From assembly GCA_035285595.1 (NCBI GenBank), contig JAYKGV010000028.1, positions 13,795 to 77,794 of the forward strand: 64,000 nt of DNA, in the 5' to 3' direction. Source of the DNA: Candidatus Sericytochromatia bacterium. GTDB lineage: Bacteria > Cyanobacteriota > Sericytochromatia > S15B-MN24 > VGJW01. Below the pieces are notes generated by a model, which had not been told where the DNA came from, ran no database searches, and was given only the letters and a program-made list of their open reading frames with translations. The translations under genes and the position numbers were made by a program. This document shows, in pieces, positions 1 through 8,914 of the stretch; positions within the stretch are counted from its first letter, which is position 1, and each line of letters starts with the position of its first letter.

Positions 1-2217
1 GTCCGGCAGGACCTGAGCTGGCGCGGACGTTCGCGGACGGTGCCTGCGGGCCGTGTGGCCCGGGGGCTGCCGGCGGGTGTGGAGGTCAAAACCTCCCAGG
101 GGCACAGACGTTGGTTGGGACCAGAGGTCAGGATGTCCTGGCCTCCACACGCCGAACCCGTCGCCACGGGCCTTATCAAGGCATACCCCGCGTCCAAGGG
201 ACTTGAGACCGGACTTTGGGTGCGTACGGCCGAGGGGACACCTCTGCGGGCTGGCTGGTTGTGGTGGACCGTTCCGGGTGCCGAGCGTTCGGGGTTTGCC
301 CGGGTCCACGACGGCTGGGTTGGCTGGCCGGCAGGTCCCGAACGCCGGTCCGTCAGAATCGTGGCCGACGGCCTCAGTGATCGCCTGACGATTGCCCAGC
401 CGGCCGCGGCCCCTTCGCCTCCCGCGCCTTGGCCGTGGAGTTTGGCCGGCTGGTTCGTTCCCCCGGCCATGAGGGAGGCGGCCACAGGCAGCGTCAGTGC
501 CTTGCCAGAGGACGAACTGGACCTGGTCGCTTCGACCCTGCCCCCTTGCAAGGAGGGTGATGCACCGAGGGCGCACTGGAATCTCGGCAACAAGGGACCC
601 GAAGTCCTGCATGTGACCCTCGGGTTGCGTTTCGGACGGGAGGGGCGACCGATAGAAGAGCGCGTGCTTGCAGTGCCGCCCTACAGTCGCCTGGGTGGTT
701 CCTTCCTGTTGCCACCGCTCGAGGCTGGCGTACAGCCTTTGGAGTGGTGGATGCTTCAGGGCGACCAAAGAAGGGTCACACGGCAGTCGGTCCGGGTTGC
801 GCGTTTGACGCGGGCCCACGGTCGTCGCTGGCTCGTGTCGACGGGCCAGGGTGAAAAGATTGCCTTGCATGTGAAGTCTGGAGTGTTACCGGGAAGTACC
901 CAGCTGGAGATACTCGCGACGGCCCACGCCTGGGGTGGATTCGAACCCGCGCTCGGCTCCTTGCAGCGTACGTCGCCGGTCACGCAGGCTGAGCGTAAAC
1001 AGGTCCTCCCTGCACTTGCTCGCCTTAGACGTCGCGTTCCGTGGGTGGGGTTACCGGACCCTTGGCCCGGATCCGTGCCTCGCGCCGGTTCATCGTGGCA
1101 GGAAGCAGCCGTCTTGCAAGCTTGGAATCAACTTCGTCCGGGCGTAGGACCGTGGATTCCCTGGACGGGGTGGCCCCGGAAGGTCGGAATCGCCTTTTCC
1201 GAGCGCGCCCTCGCAGCTGAGGTGTTGGCACTAGGGGGCAATCCCGTCCCCTCGTGGTTCGTCGGCATGTGGCCACCGCCAGCCGGTGCCGCCGAAGAAG
1301 ACCTCGTCCACATCTTGAGAGCCGCCCTCGTCATGCGGCATTCGCGAGCCGACCAGGCGGGACGTCACCTGTGGGCGCGTCGCAAGTTGGATCGGACAGG
1401 CATGTACTGGGCCGAACGAGTGGATGTCACGGCCGAGGCCCTGGAGGCGTTGCTTGATCTCGGAGTCCAGCCTGAGGCATTGGAGCCAGGATTTCGTTGG
1501 CTCGAGGCCCAAAGACAAGGCAGAGGCTGGGAAACCCCTGGCGAGACGGCTGCCGTGCTGGCCGCGCTGGCTGCGTGGCACGAGAAGCGTCCGTCCCCCC
1601 CGGACCCGGGGCCCCCGCCCTCGATCTGGCTGGATGGCAAGCCGCTGGGATCGGGGAGGCCTTCCAAGGGCGCGCGGTATTGGAGTCTCGGTCCCGGGCG
1701 CCTGGGCCAGGTCGGCCACGTGCTGGAGATTCGGTCCTCTTCCGCGTGGGGGCGAGGCTCGACCCATGTGGTCTGGCGTTATCGAACGTCAGGGTTGAGC
1801 GCGACCCCACTGGCCTTGCCGGAGGGGTCTTTGACCCACGACGGGAGCGCCCGGTTGCAGGGAGACGTGGTCTCGGGCCGCCTTTTCTGGCGGGTCGGAG
1901 TGGCCAAGGGTCGTGGTGTCCTGCGGTTTTCCCTGTGGGCTGGCGCAGGTCCCTTGCGGGTCCGCTTCGGGCAGCGCGCCTTGATGGTGGAGCAGATGCC
2001 GGATGGCCAACGTGAGGTGGTCTTGCCCGAGGTGGCGGCCGGCCGGTATGAGATCCGGTGGGAGGCCGATGCGGGTCCAGGAGGCAAGTTGCTCATGCCA
2101 CCGGTGGCGTGGTGGCCCGAGCCTTCGCGGCCGGGCCGCTTCGCGCGCACAGAGGAGCAGAGGCTGGACTTGCCGTCAAAGGAGGACCGTCATGTCGATC
2201 TTGGCGATTCATTGTAG
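1..2217 (+). CDS. C-terminal ~740 aa of a large alpha-2-macroglobulin-like / alpha-alpha-toroid repeat protein; the 5' end lies outside the window
   Basis: The frame is open from position 1, with no upstream stop; the track's first start is GTG at 40. 'LEAQRQGRGWETPGETAAVLAALAAW' resembles A2M thioester-domain / terpene-cyclase-like Q-W repeats. Stop at 2215-2217. Confidence 0.35.
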   Translation, partial: VRQDLSWRGRSRTVPAGRVARGLPAGVEVKTSQGHRRWLGPEVRMSWPPHAEPVATGLIKAYPASKGLETGLWVRTAEGTPLRAGWLWWTVPGAERSGFARVHDGWVGWPAGPERRSVRIVADGLSDRLTIAQPAAAPSPPAPWPWSLAGWFVPPAMREAATGSVSALPEDELDLVASTLPPCKEGDAPRAHWNLGNKGPEVLHVTLGLRFGREGRPIEERVLAVPPYSRLGGSFLLPPLEAGVQPLEWWMLQGDQRRVTRQSVRVARLTRAHGRRWLVSTGQGEKIALHVKSGVLPGSTQLEILATAHAWGGFEPALGSLQRTSPVTQAERKQVLPALARLRRRVPWVGLPDPWPGSVPRAGSSWQEAAVLQAWNQLRPGVGPWIPWTGWPRKVGIAFSERALAAEVLALGGNPVPSWFVGMWPPPAGAAEEDLVHILRAALVMRHSRADQAGRHLWARRKLDRTGMYWAERVDVTAEALEALLDLGVQPEALEPGFRWLEAQRQGRGWETPGETAAVLAALAAWHEKRPSPPDPGPPPSIWLDGKPLGSGRPSKGARYWSLGPGRLGQVGHVLEIRSSSAWGRGSTHVVWRYRTSGLSATPLALPEGSLTHDGSARLQGDVVSGRLFWRVGVAKGRGVLRFSLWAGAGPLRVRFGQRALMVEQMPDGQREVVLPEVAAGRYEIRWEADAGPGGKLLMPPVAWWPEPSRPGRFARTEEQRLDLPSKEDRHVDLGDSL

Positions 2218-2494
2218 GGATTTGTTCGACCGTGGACGTCTTGAAGCCATGGCGACCGCAGCCGGTCTGGAGGCCAGATCCTGGCCCGTCGAGACCGACC
2301 CGGGCTGGTGTCTCGTGAACCTGTCGGAGCCCGATGCGTTCGACGCGGCAAGGGAGGCGCGCGAGGCGGGATGGCGGGTTCTTGCCTTCGCGCCCCACGT
2401 CAGGGCCGATCTTTTCGCCCGTGCACGCGAGGAGGGATTCGAGGCATGTGCTCGGTCCGGTCTGGACAAGGTCTTCGCCGCGAGGACGTGCTAG
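2192..2494 (+). CDS. Small hypothetical protein (100 aa) immediately upstream of selD
   Basis: ATG at 2192 is preceded by a canonical RBS (aaaGGAGGaccgtc-ATG). This is the internal Met of track ORF 2003..2494. It overlaps the 3' end of the upstream gene and stops 8 nt before selD. Two internally similar halves: 'LAIHCRDLFDRGRLEA...' and 'LAFAPHVRADLFARAREE...'. Confidence 0.55.
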   Translation: MSILAIHCRDLFDRGRLEAMATAAGLEARSWPVETDPGWCLVNLSEPDAFDAAREAREAGWRVLAFAPHVRADLFARAREEGFEACARSGLDKVFAARTC

Positions 2495-2502
2495 ACTGCG
2501 GC

Positions 2503-3579
2503 ATGGTCGAACCAGCGGAAAGAGTGCGCCTGACTCGCTTGGCGACCAGCGGAGGCTGAGCGGCCAAGGCCGGCCCCGCGGTCCTGTCCCAGGTCTTGGG
2601 ACGACTCCCACGTACGGTTGATCGGGCCGTTCTGGTCGATACCTCGACCTCGGACGACGCCGGGGTTTACCTGTGGCGCGAAGATTTGGCGCTGGTCCAG
2701 ACCGTGGACTTCTTCCCCCCTATGGTGGACGATCCTCGCGCCTTTGGCAGGATTGCGGCCACCAATGCTCTGTCGGATGTCTGGGCGATGGGGGGGGTGC
2801 CGCGAACAGCCCTGAATCTCTTTGGGTTCCCTTTCGATGATTTGCCCTTGGATGTGGCGGCGGCCATTCTCGAAGGTGGTTCAGAGGTCTGCCGGGAGCA
2901 CGGAGTGGTCATCCTCGGAGGCCATACGACGGATGAGGAGGTTCCGCGCTACGGTCTTGCCGTGACAGGTGAAGTGCCCAGGGGGCGTATTCATCGCAAT
3001 GTCGGGGCACGGGCGGGTGATTGGCTCGTCCTGACGAAGCCCCTCGGCAGTGGTCTGCTGACCGGGGCATGCATGAAAGATCTTCTCGAAGAACAGGATC
3101 TCGAGGAAGCGTTGCGGTGGATGACCACGCCTAATCGCTGGGCCGCGGAAGCCTTGGCCGGACTCGATGTCCATGCGCTCACCGACGTGACAGGCTATGG
3201 CCTTCTGGGACATCTGCGAGAGATGCTGCAGCCAGGAGATCTCGAGGCTCACCTGTGGTGGGAGGAGATTCCCGTGATGACGCTGGTTCCTGCGGTGCTG
3301 GAACGCTGGACGGGAACGGGCGGCGGCCTGAGAAACCTGGAGTTGCTGGGCGAAAAACTACAGGTGGAGGTTGGGGTGCCGTCTTGGGCATCCGCGCTGC
3401 TGGCAGACCCGCAGACTTCGGGCGGTCTCTTGGCCGCATTGCCGCCCGAGGACGCGGAGGCCTGGCTCGAAGCCTTGGCCCGCCGCGGCGCTTTCGGATG
3501 GGTGGTTGGCCGGTTGGAACCCGGGGCTGGCCGGATCCTCGTGGAGGCCGGTCAGCGGCCTCACCTGCCTAGCCTTTGA
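2503..3579 (+). CDS. selD: Selenide, water dikinase (selenophosphate synthetase) SelD; candidate selenoprotein with in-frame UGA at 2557-2559
   Basis: Track ORF 2596..3579 matches SelD strongly (DDAGVY, FFPPMVDDPRAFGRIAATNALSDVWAMGG, GGHT, TDVTGYGLLGHL, DPQTSGGLL). The upstream same-frame ORF 2308..2559 ends 'VRLTRLATSGG-TGA-AAKAGPAVLSQVL', which aligns with E. coli '[25 protein letters not shown]', placing the TGA at the catalytic Cys17 position. The ATG at 2503 (MVEPAERV...) puts the Sec at residue 19. Confidence 0.85.
2586..2602 (+). promoter_or_regulatory. Candidate SECIS-like hairpin (GUCCCA-GGUCU-UGGGAC) 27 nt downstream of the selD UGA
   Basis: A 6-bp perfect inverted repeat with a 5-nt G/U loop, at a distance consistent with bacterial SECIS elements. 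Found by eye only. Confidence 0.3.
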
Positions 3580-4165
3580 GCCAGTCGCGCATCCTTGACC
3601 AGAGACTCCGTCGGGCGGGCTCCGATGTGTGCTCGACGACCGGAGAGGGCTGGGTCATCAGCCGACGCGTCCCAAGCCCCCCACCTTCGCCGGGTCGTGG
3701 GGGAGGGAACAGTCCGGCACATTCCGGCCATTGCCCGAAGTGATCGTAGAATCCGTGCAGCAAGTGGATGGCACCTTGGAGACGCTCGGGTGGAAAAGCG
3801 GCCAGATGCTCCAAGGCTTGGTCAGGTGCCAGCCCGTCGGACGCATTCATGCGCTGGCGTGCCTCATCGAGCAGGCGTCCCGCCTCCTCGAAGCGATGGA
3901 GGGCCACCAGACGCTCACGGTCCGCCTCACCGTCAAGCTGGACTGACCGAAGTCCTTCCACGCCTGCGCGGTAGCGTCCCATGACCTCGTCGGCCTCACG
4001 GATGGATGCTTCGAGCGTGGCCCTGCGCTGGCGCAGCAGCACGTCGCGTGTCTCGGCAGGCAACGGACGAGACGCTTTGGTGGGCCGGGTGGACACCCAC
4101 GCGTCCGTGGGAGGCCCCGAATGAGCCTGACCCAAGGGTCGGGTGTCCCGCTGACCGCTCTCCAT
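3569..4165 (-). CDS. Hypothetical protein (198 aa)
   Basis: Long minus-strand ORF with non-repetitive composition (LRQRRATLEASIREADEVMGRYRAGVEGLRS...). Convergent with selD, overlapping it by 11 nt. No recognisable family. Confidence 0.4.
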   Translation of the reverse strand: MESGQRDTRPLGQAHSGPPTDAWVSTRPTKASRPLPAETRDVLLRQRRATLEASIREADEVMGRYRAGVEGLRSVQLDGEADRERLVALHRFEEAGRLLDEARQRMNASDGLAPDQALEHLAAFPPERLQGAIHLLHGFYDHFGQWPECAGLFPPPRPGEGGGLGTRRLMTQPSPVVEHTSEPARRSLWSRMRDWLKG

Positions 4166-4177
4166 GTCGGTCCGTCG

Positions 4178-4429
4178 TCAGTCCCTTGGGGTCGCGAACC
4201 CGACGGGACCCCGCAAGCCATCGCCTGTGTCGAGGCGAGGACGCCTGAAGATGAAGGAGGGTACAGTGGCGACCAGTTGCCATCCCTCCTCGCCGAGCGC
4301 GTTCAAGGCCTCTTCAAGGTTAGAGGGCAGCTGCTCCACGACCTTATATTCGACGGTTTGATGCCGGCCGGGGGCGCCAGCGCCTACGTCGGGGACCAAG
4401 GCTGGGGATGCAGTGCGACGGGCTTGCAT
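4178..4429 (-). CDS. DUF4177-like small protein
   Basis: 'VEYKVVEQLPSNLEEALNALGEEGWQLVATVP' matches the DUF4177 pattern. An internal ATG (MQARRT) has a GGGAGG RBS 8 nt upstream. The track ORF 4178..4546 is longer. Confidence 0.5.
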   Translation of the reverse strand: MQARRTASPALVPDVGAGAPGRHQTVEYKVVEQLPSNLEEALNALGEEGWQLVATVPSFIFRRPRLDTGDGLRGPVGFATPRD

Positions 4430-4544
4430 ACGCGGAACCTCCCAATGGCCTGATCCTATCATGCGCGGGCCTCTGAGGCGTGTACAATGCCCGTGGCAGG
4501 CCTTTGACGCCTGATCGGAGCCGTTTTCCTTCTGGAGATCCTGC

Positions 4545-5081
4545 ATGTACTTGACCCGAATGTTATTGGCGGCGGCCGTTCTCGGGATGGCTTATACTCC
4601 CGCAGCGTTGGCCAAGTCTCACACGGCAACTCCCGCCACGGCCAAAGGCCACGAGGCTCACAAGGCCTCGCCGATGGAGCAAGCACTGGGGGGTTTCCAT
4701 GACCTTCTGCACCCCGTTTACCATGACGCCTTGCCCAAGAAGGACCTTAAAGCCATCAGCCTGGCCGTCCCCGGATTGGTGAAGCAGGCGGGTGCCGTGG
4801 CGGCCTGCAAGATGGATGACGAGGCTTGTACGGTAGCGTGCGGGAATCTGCTCAAGGCCGCCAAGGCTCTGGAGACTGCAGACAAGAAAGGTGGCCAAGA
4901 ACTTCTGGCCTCCTTGGAGACGCTACATGGAGCCTTCGAGAAGGTGGCACAGCTGGTGCATGACGAAGGCCATGGGGAGCATCACGAGCATCATGGCGAT
5001 GACCACAAGGGTCACAGCGATGACCACAAGGGGCATGCCGACGAGCACAAGGGGCATGCCGACGAGCACAAGGGACACTGA
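4545..5081 (+). CDS. Secreted His-rich metal-binding protein with C-terminal tandem HxDxHKG repeats
   Basis: Signal peptide MYLTRMLLAAAVLGMAYTPAALA|KSH, a helical core, and a C-terminus 'HGEHHEHHGDDHKGHSDDHKGHADEHKGHADEHKGH'. The DNA shows four in-frame 21-bp tandem repeats. Confidence 0.7.
   Translation: MYLTRMLLAAAVLGMAYTPAALAKSHTATPATAKGHEAHKASPMEQALGGFHDLLHPVYHDALPKKDLKAISLAVPGLVKQAGAVAACKMDDEACTVACGNLLKAAKALETADKKGGQELLASLETLHGAFEKVAQLVHDEGHGEHHEHHGDDHKGHSDDHKGHADEHKGHADEHKGH
4998..5078 (+). repeat. 4 x 21-bp tandem repeat (gaYgaSCACAAGGGNCAYRSC) encoding (D/E)(D/E)HKGH(S/A)
   Basis: Units at 4998-5018, 5019-5039, 5040-5060 and 5061-5078, read directly from the sequence. Stop at 5079-5081. 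Confidence 0.8.
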
Positions 5082-5147
5082 GCGCCGGGCTCTCCTGACG
5101 CTCGCGACACCCCTCGGTTTTCCGGGGGGTGTCTTCCCTATCTGGAT

Positions 5148-7142
5148 TCAGGAAGCTTGATCGGGGTCCAGCCCCCCGAGATCGCCGGTGCTGCGGAACC
5201 TGCCCCACGAAGCTCGGTCCTGGGACCACTGCAAAAACCAGATGCCCGGCCCGGTCGGCAGGCTCGCCTCATGAATGCGATCGACCCGGATACCCACCTC
5301 GTTCGCGAGGTGCTCGCGGAGGCTTTCGCTTCCTGCTTCATCCCGACCTGTTCCGATGTAGACGACCTCGAAGCAACCTTCAGGTTGGCTCTTGAGGTAT
5401 TCGGGAAGGACCTCCACGAGATTGCCCGGGAGGATCTTGACGGTAAGGACGAATTCGAAGTTGTTGAACAGATCGAATTCCTCGAGTTGCTGGGAGATGA
5501 ACCTTTCGAGCGACTCGTAGAGCGCGGCGGGTTCATCCGCGGTCTGGGCGTGGAAGACCACCAGCTCGATGCTCCGATCCTTGGCGTGTCTCGTAAGCAG
5601 TTCGTGCAGCAAGTTGACCATGCGAACCGGCTCTACGGCCGAGATGCAGACGGCGATGCGAGGCAATCCCGAGGGCAACTCGGGGGCTCGGTGAAGCAAG
5701 CCCATGCCCAGTCTCAAGTCGGGCAGTTGGACCATGCGGACTTCGATCTTGCCCAACCTGTACAGGGCCATCAGCAAGATGGTTCCAAGCAGGATTTGGA
5801 TTCCGAGTCCCCGGGCCTCGTGCTTGGTCAGGAGCAGGACACACTCGGCACCGATCAGGAGAGTGCCGCCAAGTATGGGTGCCACGGGCAGGATCTTGCC
5901 TTTGATGGCGACGGTCCAGCGACTCAGGTATTGGGATTTGGCAATCTTGTTGGGATAGTTCAGGCGGGTAAGGACCACACCGGCGCAGTACGAGATCATG
6001 ACGCCCAGAAATGCCAGACCGTAGATGTCTCCCAGGATCTCCACGCGCCCGGGAAATGCCAGCAGCATCAGCAGGCTGACGGTCATGAAGGGCAGGGCCA
6101 CCCAGGGATAGCCCCCGAGCCTGGGGTGCAGATGGTTCCAGCGCCGCGACACGATGTCAGGCAGATTCCCTTGCTGGCTCATCGTGGTCATCAGCCCCGT
6201 GGCTCCGGCATAAGCGGTGTTGACCGCGGCGAACAAGGTCAGCATCGCATTGATCACGAGCAGAATGAGCAGGGTCTGCCCCCCTTGCACCCGGGCCAGC
6301 TCGGACATCAGGAATTCCTTGCCAGGAGCCAGTCGGTCCACGGGGACCAATGCCAAGGCAAGGAAGGCAGATAGCGGAGAGGTGATGCTGACCAGCGCCA
6401 CAATCGTCAGGTAGACCTTCCGGATGGCGACGTGGACCGGACGCTCGAGCTCTTCGACGATCTGTGCGGCTGACTCGAATCCGGTGATTCCGAGAAAGGC
6501 CCCGGCGAATCCCATCAATACACCTAGCGCCGTCAGATCCCTGAGTCCGCCGAAACCCGCCGCTCCGTTCATGAACCGGTCCCAGTCCATGCCGTGCATG
6601 GCCAACATGCCGAGTCCCCAGGCATCCATGACCAACAGCATCAGGAAGTGGAAGACCGAGATGACCAGGACGACTCGCGTCGATTCCTTGAGGCCTACGA
6701 GATTCAGCAGGCCGAAGGCCACCACCGGTATGGCCGCCACCAGGACGATGAACAATCGGGAAGGGTGATGGCCCCACAAGGACCCCAGATAGTAAGCGCC
6801 CGACAGTGCGCTTACGACGGCCGTCGCGAGATAGGACAGGAGGGTGAGCGAGCCGATGCCCAAGGCGGCCCTCCGGCCGATGGATCCCAGCACCATGGCA
6901 TAGGCGCCGCCGTTCACTGGATTGACACTGCAACCTTCCTGATATGTGGCCTTGAACAACCACATGCTCAGGACCACCCCGAGGATGAAGAGGGGCGCCG
7001 CAAAGCCCACGTGAGGAAGGAGGATGCCGGTGCTGTAGAAGACCGAGGTTCCGATGTCGGCACCGACAAGACCGGCGGCGAGCCACCACTTCAGCTGACC
7101 GCCCGTGTGCTCGGGGCGGCCCGCGGGTGTCGATGGTTCCAT
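5148..7142 (-). CDS. APC-superfamily transporter with a C-terminal UspA-like cytoplasmic domain; candidate K+/cation transporter
   Basis: Twelve hydrophobic segments. APC-like motifs 'GADIGTSVFY' and 'NPVNGGAYAMV'. A Usp-like C-terminus (IAVCISAVEP...LVVFHAQ...VVYIGTGRDEAG). Its start abuts the stop of the TrkA-like gene. Confidence 0.6.
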   Translation of the reverse strand: MEPSTPAGRPEHTGGQLKWWLAAGLVGADIGTSVFYSTGILLPHVGFAAPLFILGVVLSMWLFKATYQEGCSVNPVNGGAYAMVLGSIGRRAALGIGSLTLLSYLATAVVSALSGAYYLGSLWGHHPSRLFIVLVAAIPVVAFGLLNLVGLKESTRVVLVISVFHFLMLLVMDAWGLGMLAMHGMDWDRFMNGAAGFGGLRDLTALGVLMGFAGAFLGITGFESAAQIVEELERPVHVAIRKVYLTIVALVSITSPLSAFLALALVPVDRLAPGKEFLMSELARVQGGQTLLILLVINAMLTLFAAVNTAYAGATGLMTTMSQQGNLPDIVSRRWNHLHPRLGGYPWVALPFMTVSLLMLLAFPGRVEILGDIYGLAFLGVMISYCAGVVLTRLNYPNKIAKSQYLSRWTVAIKGKILPVAPILGGTLLIGAECVLLLTKHEARGLGIQILLGTILLMALYRLGKIEVRMVQLPDLRLGMGLLHRAPELPSGLPRIAVCISAVEPVRMVNLLHELLTRHAKDRSIELVVFHAQTADEPAALYESLERFISQQLEEFDLFNNFEFVLTVKILPGNLVEVLPEYLKSQPEGCFEVVYIGTGRDEAGSESLREHLANEVGIRVDRIHEASLPTGPGIWFLQWSQDRASWGRFRSTGDLGGLDPDQAS

Positions 7143-7802
7143 CTAGTGTCCCAGCAACATGCGGCGCAGCTCGTCCTGCTGCGCCTTCATCGTGACGGCG
7201 AAAATCTCGTCGCCTGCCTTGAGCTCGGTCTCACCGTCAGGGATCAGCGGGCCGTTGTTGCGCCAAATCGCAGAAAGGATGGACCCCGGCGGGAAGTCGA
7301 GCTTGCGGATGCGCGTGCCCACGACCGGACTGTCCTGGGAGAGGACGATCTCCACCATCGCCATGCGTTCGTGCCACGTGAACAAGGTTGTGAGCTCGGC
7401 CGGGATGATTTGGGTTTCGATGGCATTGGTCACCATCTTCGTGACCGAAATCGTGTGATCCACTCCCGCGTGTTTGAAGAGTTCCTCGTTGCGAGGGTCA
7501 TTGACCCGGGCGACGCACTTGGGAATGCCGAACAGCCTGCGCGCCATCTTGCAAATGGCATAGTTGTCCTGATCCCTGCCACACGCCGCGATCAGAACAT
7601 CGGCCTGGATACGGTTGGCTTCGGCCAGAAGCGCAGGATTTGTGGCATCCCCGACCCGGACGACGATTTCGGTGAACTCCGAGACAATCTGCTTGCAGAC
7701 ACGGGGGTCCCTTTCGACCAACCCGATCGTGTGGCCCCGCTGTCGAAGGGTGCGGATCAGGTGCAGGCCGACCTTACCCCCCCCGGCGATCAGGATCTGC
7801 AT
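7143..7802 (-). CDS. trkA: TrkA-family K+ transport regulator with RCK N and C domains
   Basis: N-terminus 'MQILIAGGGKVGLHLIRTL' is a Rossmann GxGxxG motif. An RCK_C-like C-terminus. Confidence 0.8.
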   Translation of the reverse strand: MQILIAGGGKVGLHLIRTLRQRGHTIGLVERDPRVCKQIVSEFTEIVVRVGDATNPALLAEANRIQADVLIAACGRDQDNYAICKMARRLFGIPKCVARVNDPRNEELFKHAGVDHTISVTKMVTNAIETQIIPAELTTLFTWHERMAMVEIVLSQDSPVVGTRIRKLDFPPGSILSAIWRNNGPLIPDGETELKAGDEIFAVTMKAQQDELRRMLLGH

Positions 7803-8208
7803 CCTTGGCTCCCTTGATGGTCTCGAGGGTTCTCTCGAGGGACTCGGTGGCTTCGAGAATGGGACTTATCACCTCGAAACCGTCGTCGAGATAGATCTGG
7901 CGTAGTTCTGGGTTGTCGATGCGGACGATGACTTTTTGCAACTTGAAGTGCCGGCGGGCGATGTCCGCAATCATGATGTTGGTGTTCTCATCGCGGGATA
8001 CGACGATCACGCAGTCTGCCCGGCCCATGCCTGCGCGTTCGAGGACCTCGGTGTCGATCTCCATCCCGGCCATCGTGCGGACCGGGACATCCCTTACCGC
8101 CTGGAAGTTCTGGGCATCGAAGTCGAGGATGGTGACCTTGTCACCCTTGGCCGCCCGGCGTTGTGCAAAGTTTGCCCCGAGGCGGCCGCAGCCGATGATG
8201 AGAATCAT
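7774..8208 (-). CDS. TrkA-N (RCK) domain protein
   Basis: 'MILIIGCGRLGANFAQRRAAKGDKVTILD' is an NAD-binding RCK N domain. Overlaps the downstream trkA-like start by 29 nt. Confidence 0.75.
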   Translation of the reverse strand: MILIIGCGRLGANFAQRRAAKGDKVTILDFDAQNFQAVRDVPVRTMAGMEIDTEVLERAGMGRADCVIVVSRDENTNIMIADIARRHFKLQKVIVRIDNPELRQIYLDDGFEVISPILEATESLERTLETIKGAKDADPDRRGG

Positions 8209-8370
8209 GCGGCCTTACCTTACACCCGTGCATGCGGGCCGTCGAGGGTTCTCCCGGCTCAGATTAAACAATCAAGAAATCTTAACCAAGGGACAAGAAG
8301 GCTGGCGTGCAGGTTTGGCGATGAGAGATCTCGTGGGGTTCCGGGGGGAGTCCTGAGGGGACATAGGGAC

Positions 8371-8901
8371 ATGCCGACCAGAATCAGTGATAAGGATCCT
8401 GTGCTCGTGCGAAAGGGCGCCGCAGCTGAGCCGCGTCCTGCCGAACCTCCCAGGGCGCCGCGCGCCTCAGACCGTGCGGTCTTGTCGTCGGAGGCCGCGG
8501 AGGAGGCGGCTGCCCGCCGGAAGGGTCACCGCATCGGTGTCGGGATCGGGGCGGGCGTCGCGACTCTTTTCAATGGCCTGACCTTGCGCCATGTCGGCAA
8601 ATTGGCGGCGGCTGGCAAGCCTGCCGGCGTTTTCCTGGGCAAGGTGACCCCCGCGCTATCCACGGCGCTGGCGGGCTACACGCTTGTCGAACGTGTTCGC
8701 AAGGGCTTTGATGGGCCCGACAACGTCCGCAAATGGGACGATGCGCTGCGGGTGACCGGTGACGTCATCCAGGCCGGGGGCGGGATTGCCGCGTTCGTAC
8801 CTGCGGTGGGTCTGGTGCCGGGCCTTGCGGCCATCACGGCAGGTACCCTCGTGACTGCACTGGGTGACTTCTTCGATGACGAGGTGGGCAAGACCAGATA
8901 A
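8371..8901 (+). CDS. Hypothetical protein with a Gly/Ala-rich C-terminus
   Basis: ATG at 8371 is the internal Met of track ORF 7936..8901; the rest of that ORF is antisense to the trkA genes. The C-terminus 'GIGAGVATLFNGL...GGGIAAFVPAVGLVPGLAAITAGTLV' is glycine-zipper-like. Confidence 0.45.
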   Translation: MPTRISDKDPVLVRKGAAAEPRPAEPPRAPRASDRAVLSSEAAEEAAARRKGHRIGVGIGAGVATLFNGLTLRHVGKLAAAGKPAGVFLGKVTPALSTALAGYTLVERVRKGFDGPDNVRKWDDALRVTGDVIQAGGGIAAFVPAVGLVPGLAAITAGTLVTALGDFFDDEVGKTR

Positions 8902-8914
8902 GTCGCCTGCCCTT

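Noticed and set aside
5157-7817. Long + strand ORFs 5157..6374 (405 aa) and 6594..7817 (407 aa)
   Set aside because: They are antisense to the well-supported transporter and trkA genes. Their His/Gln/Arg/Asp-rich junk composition is typical of shadow ORFs in high-GC DNA.
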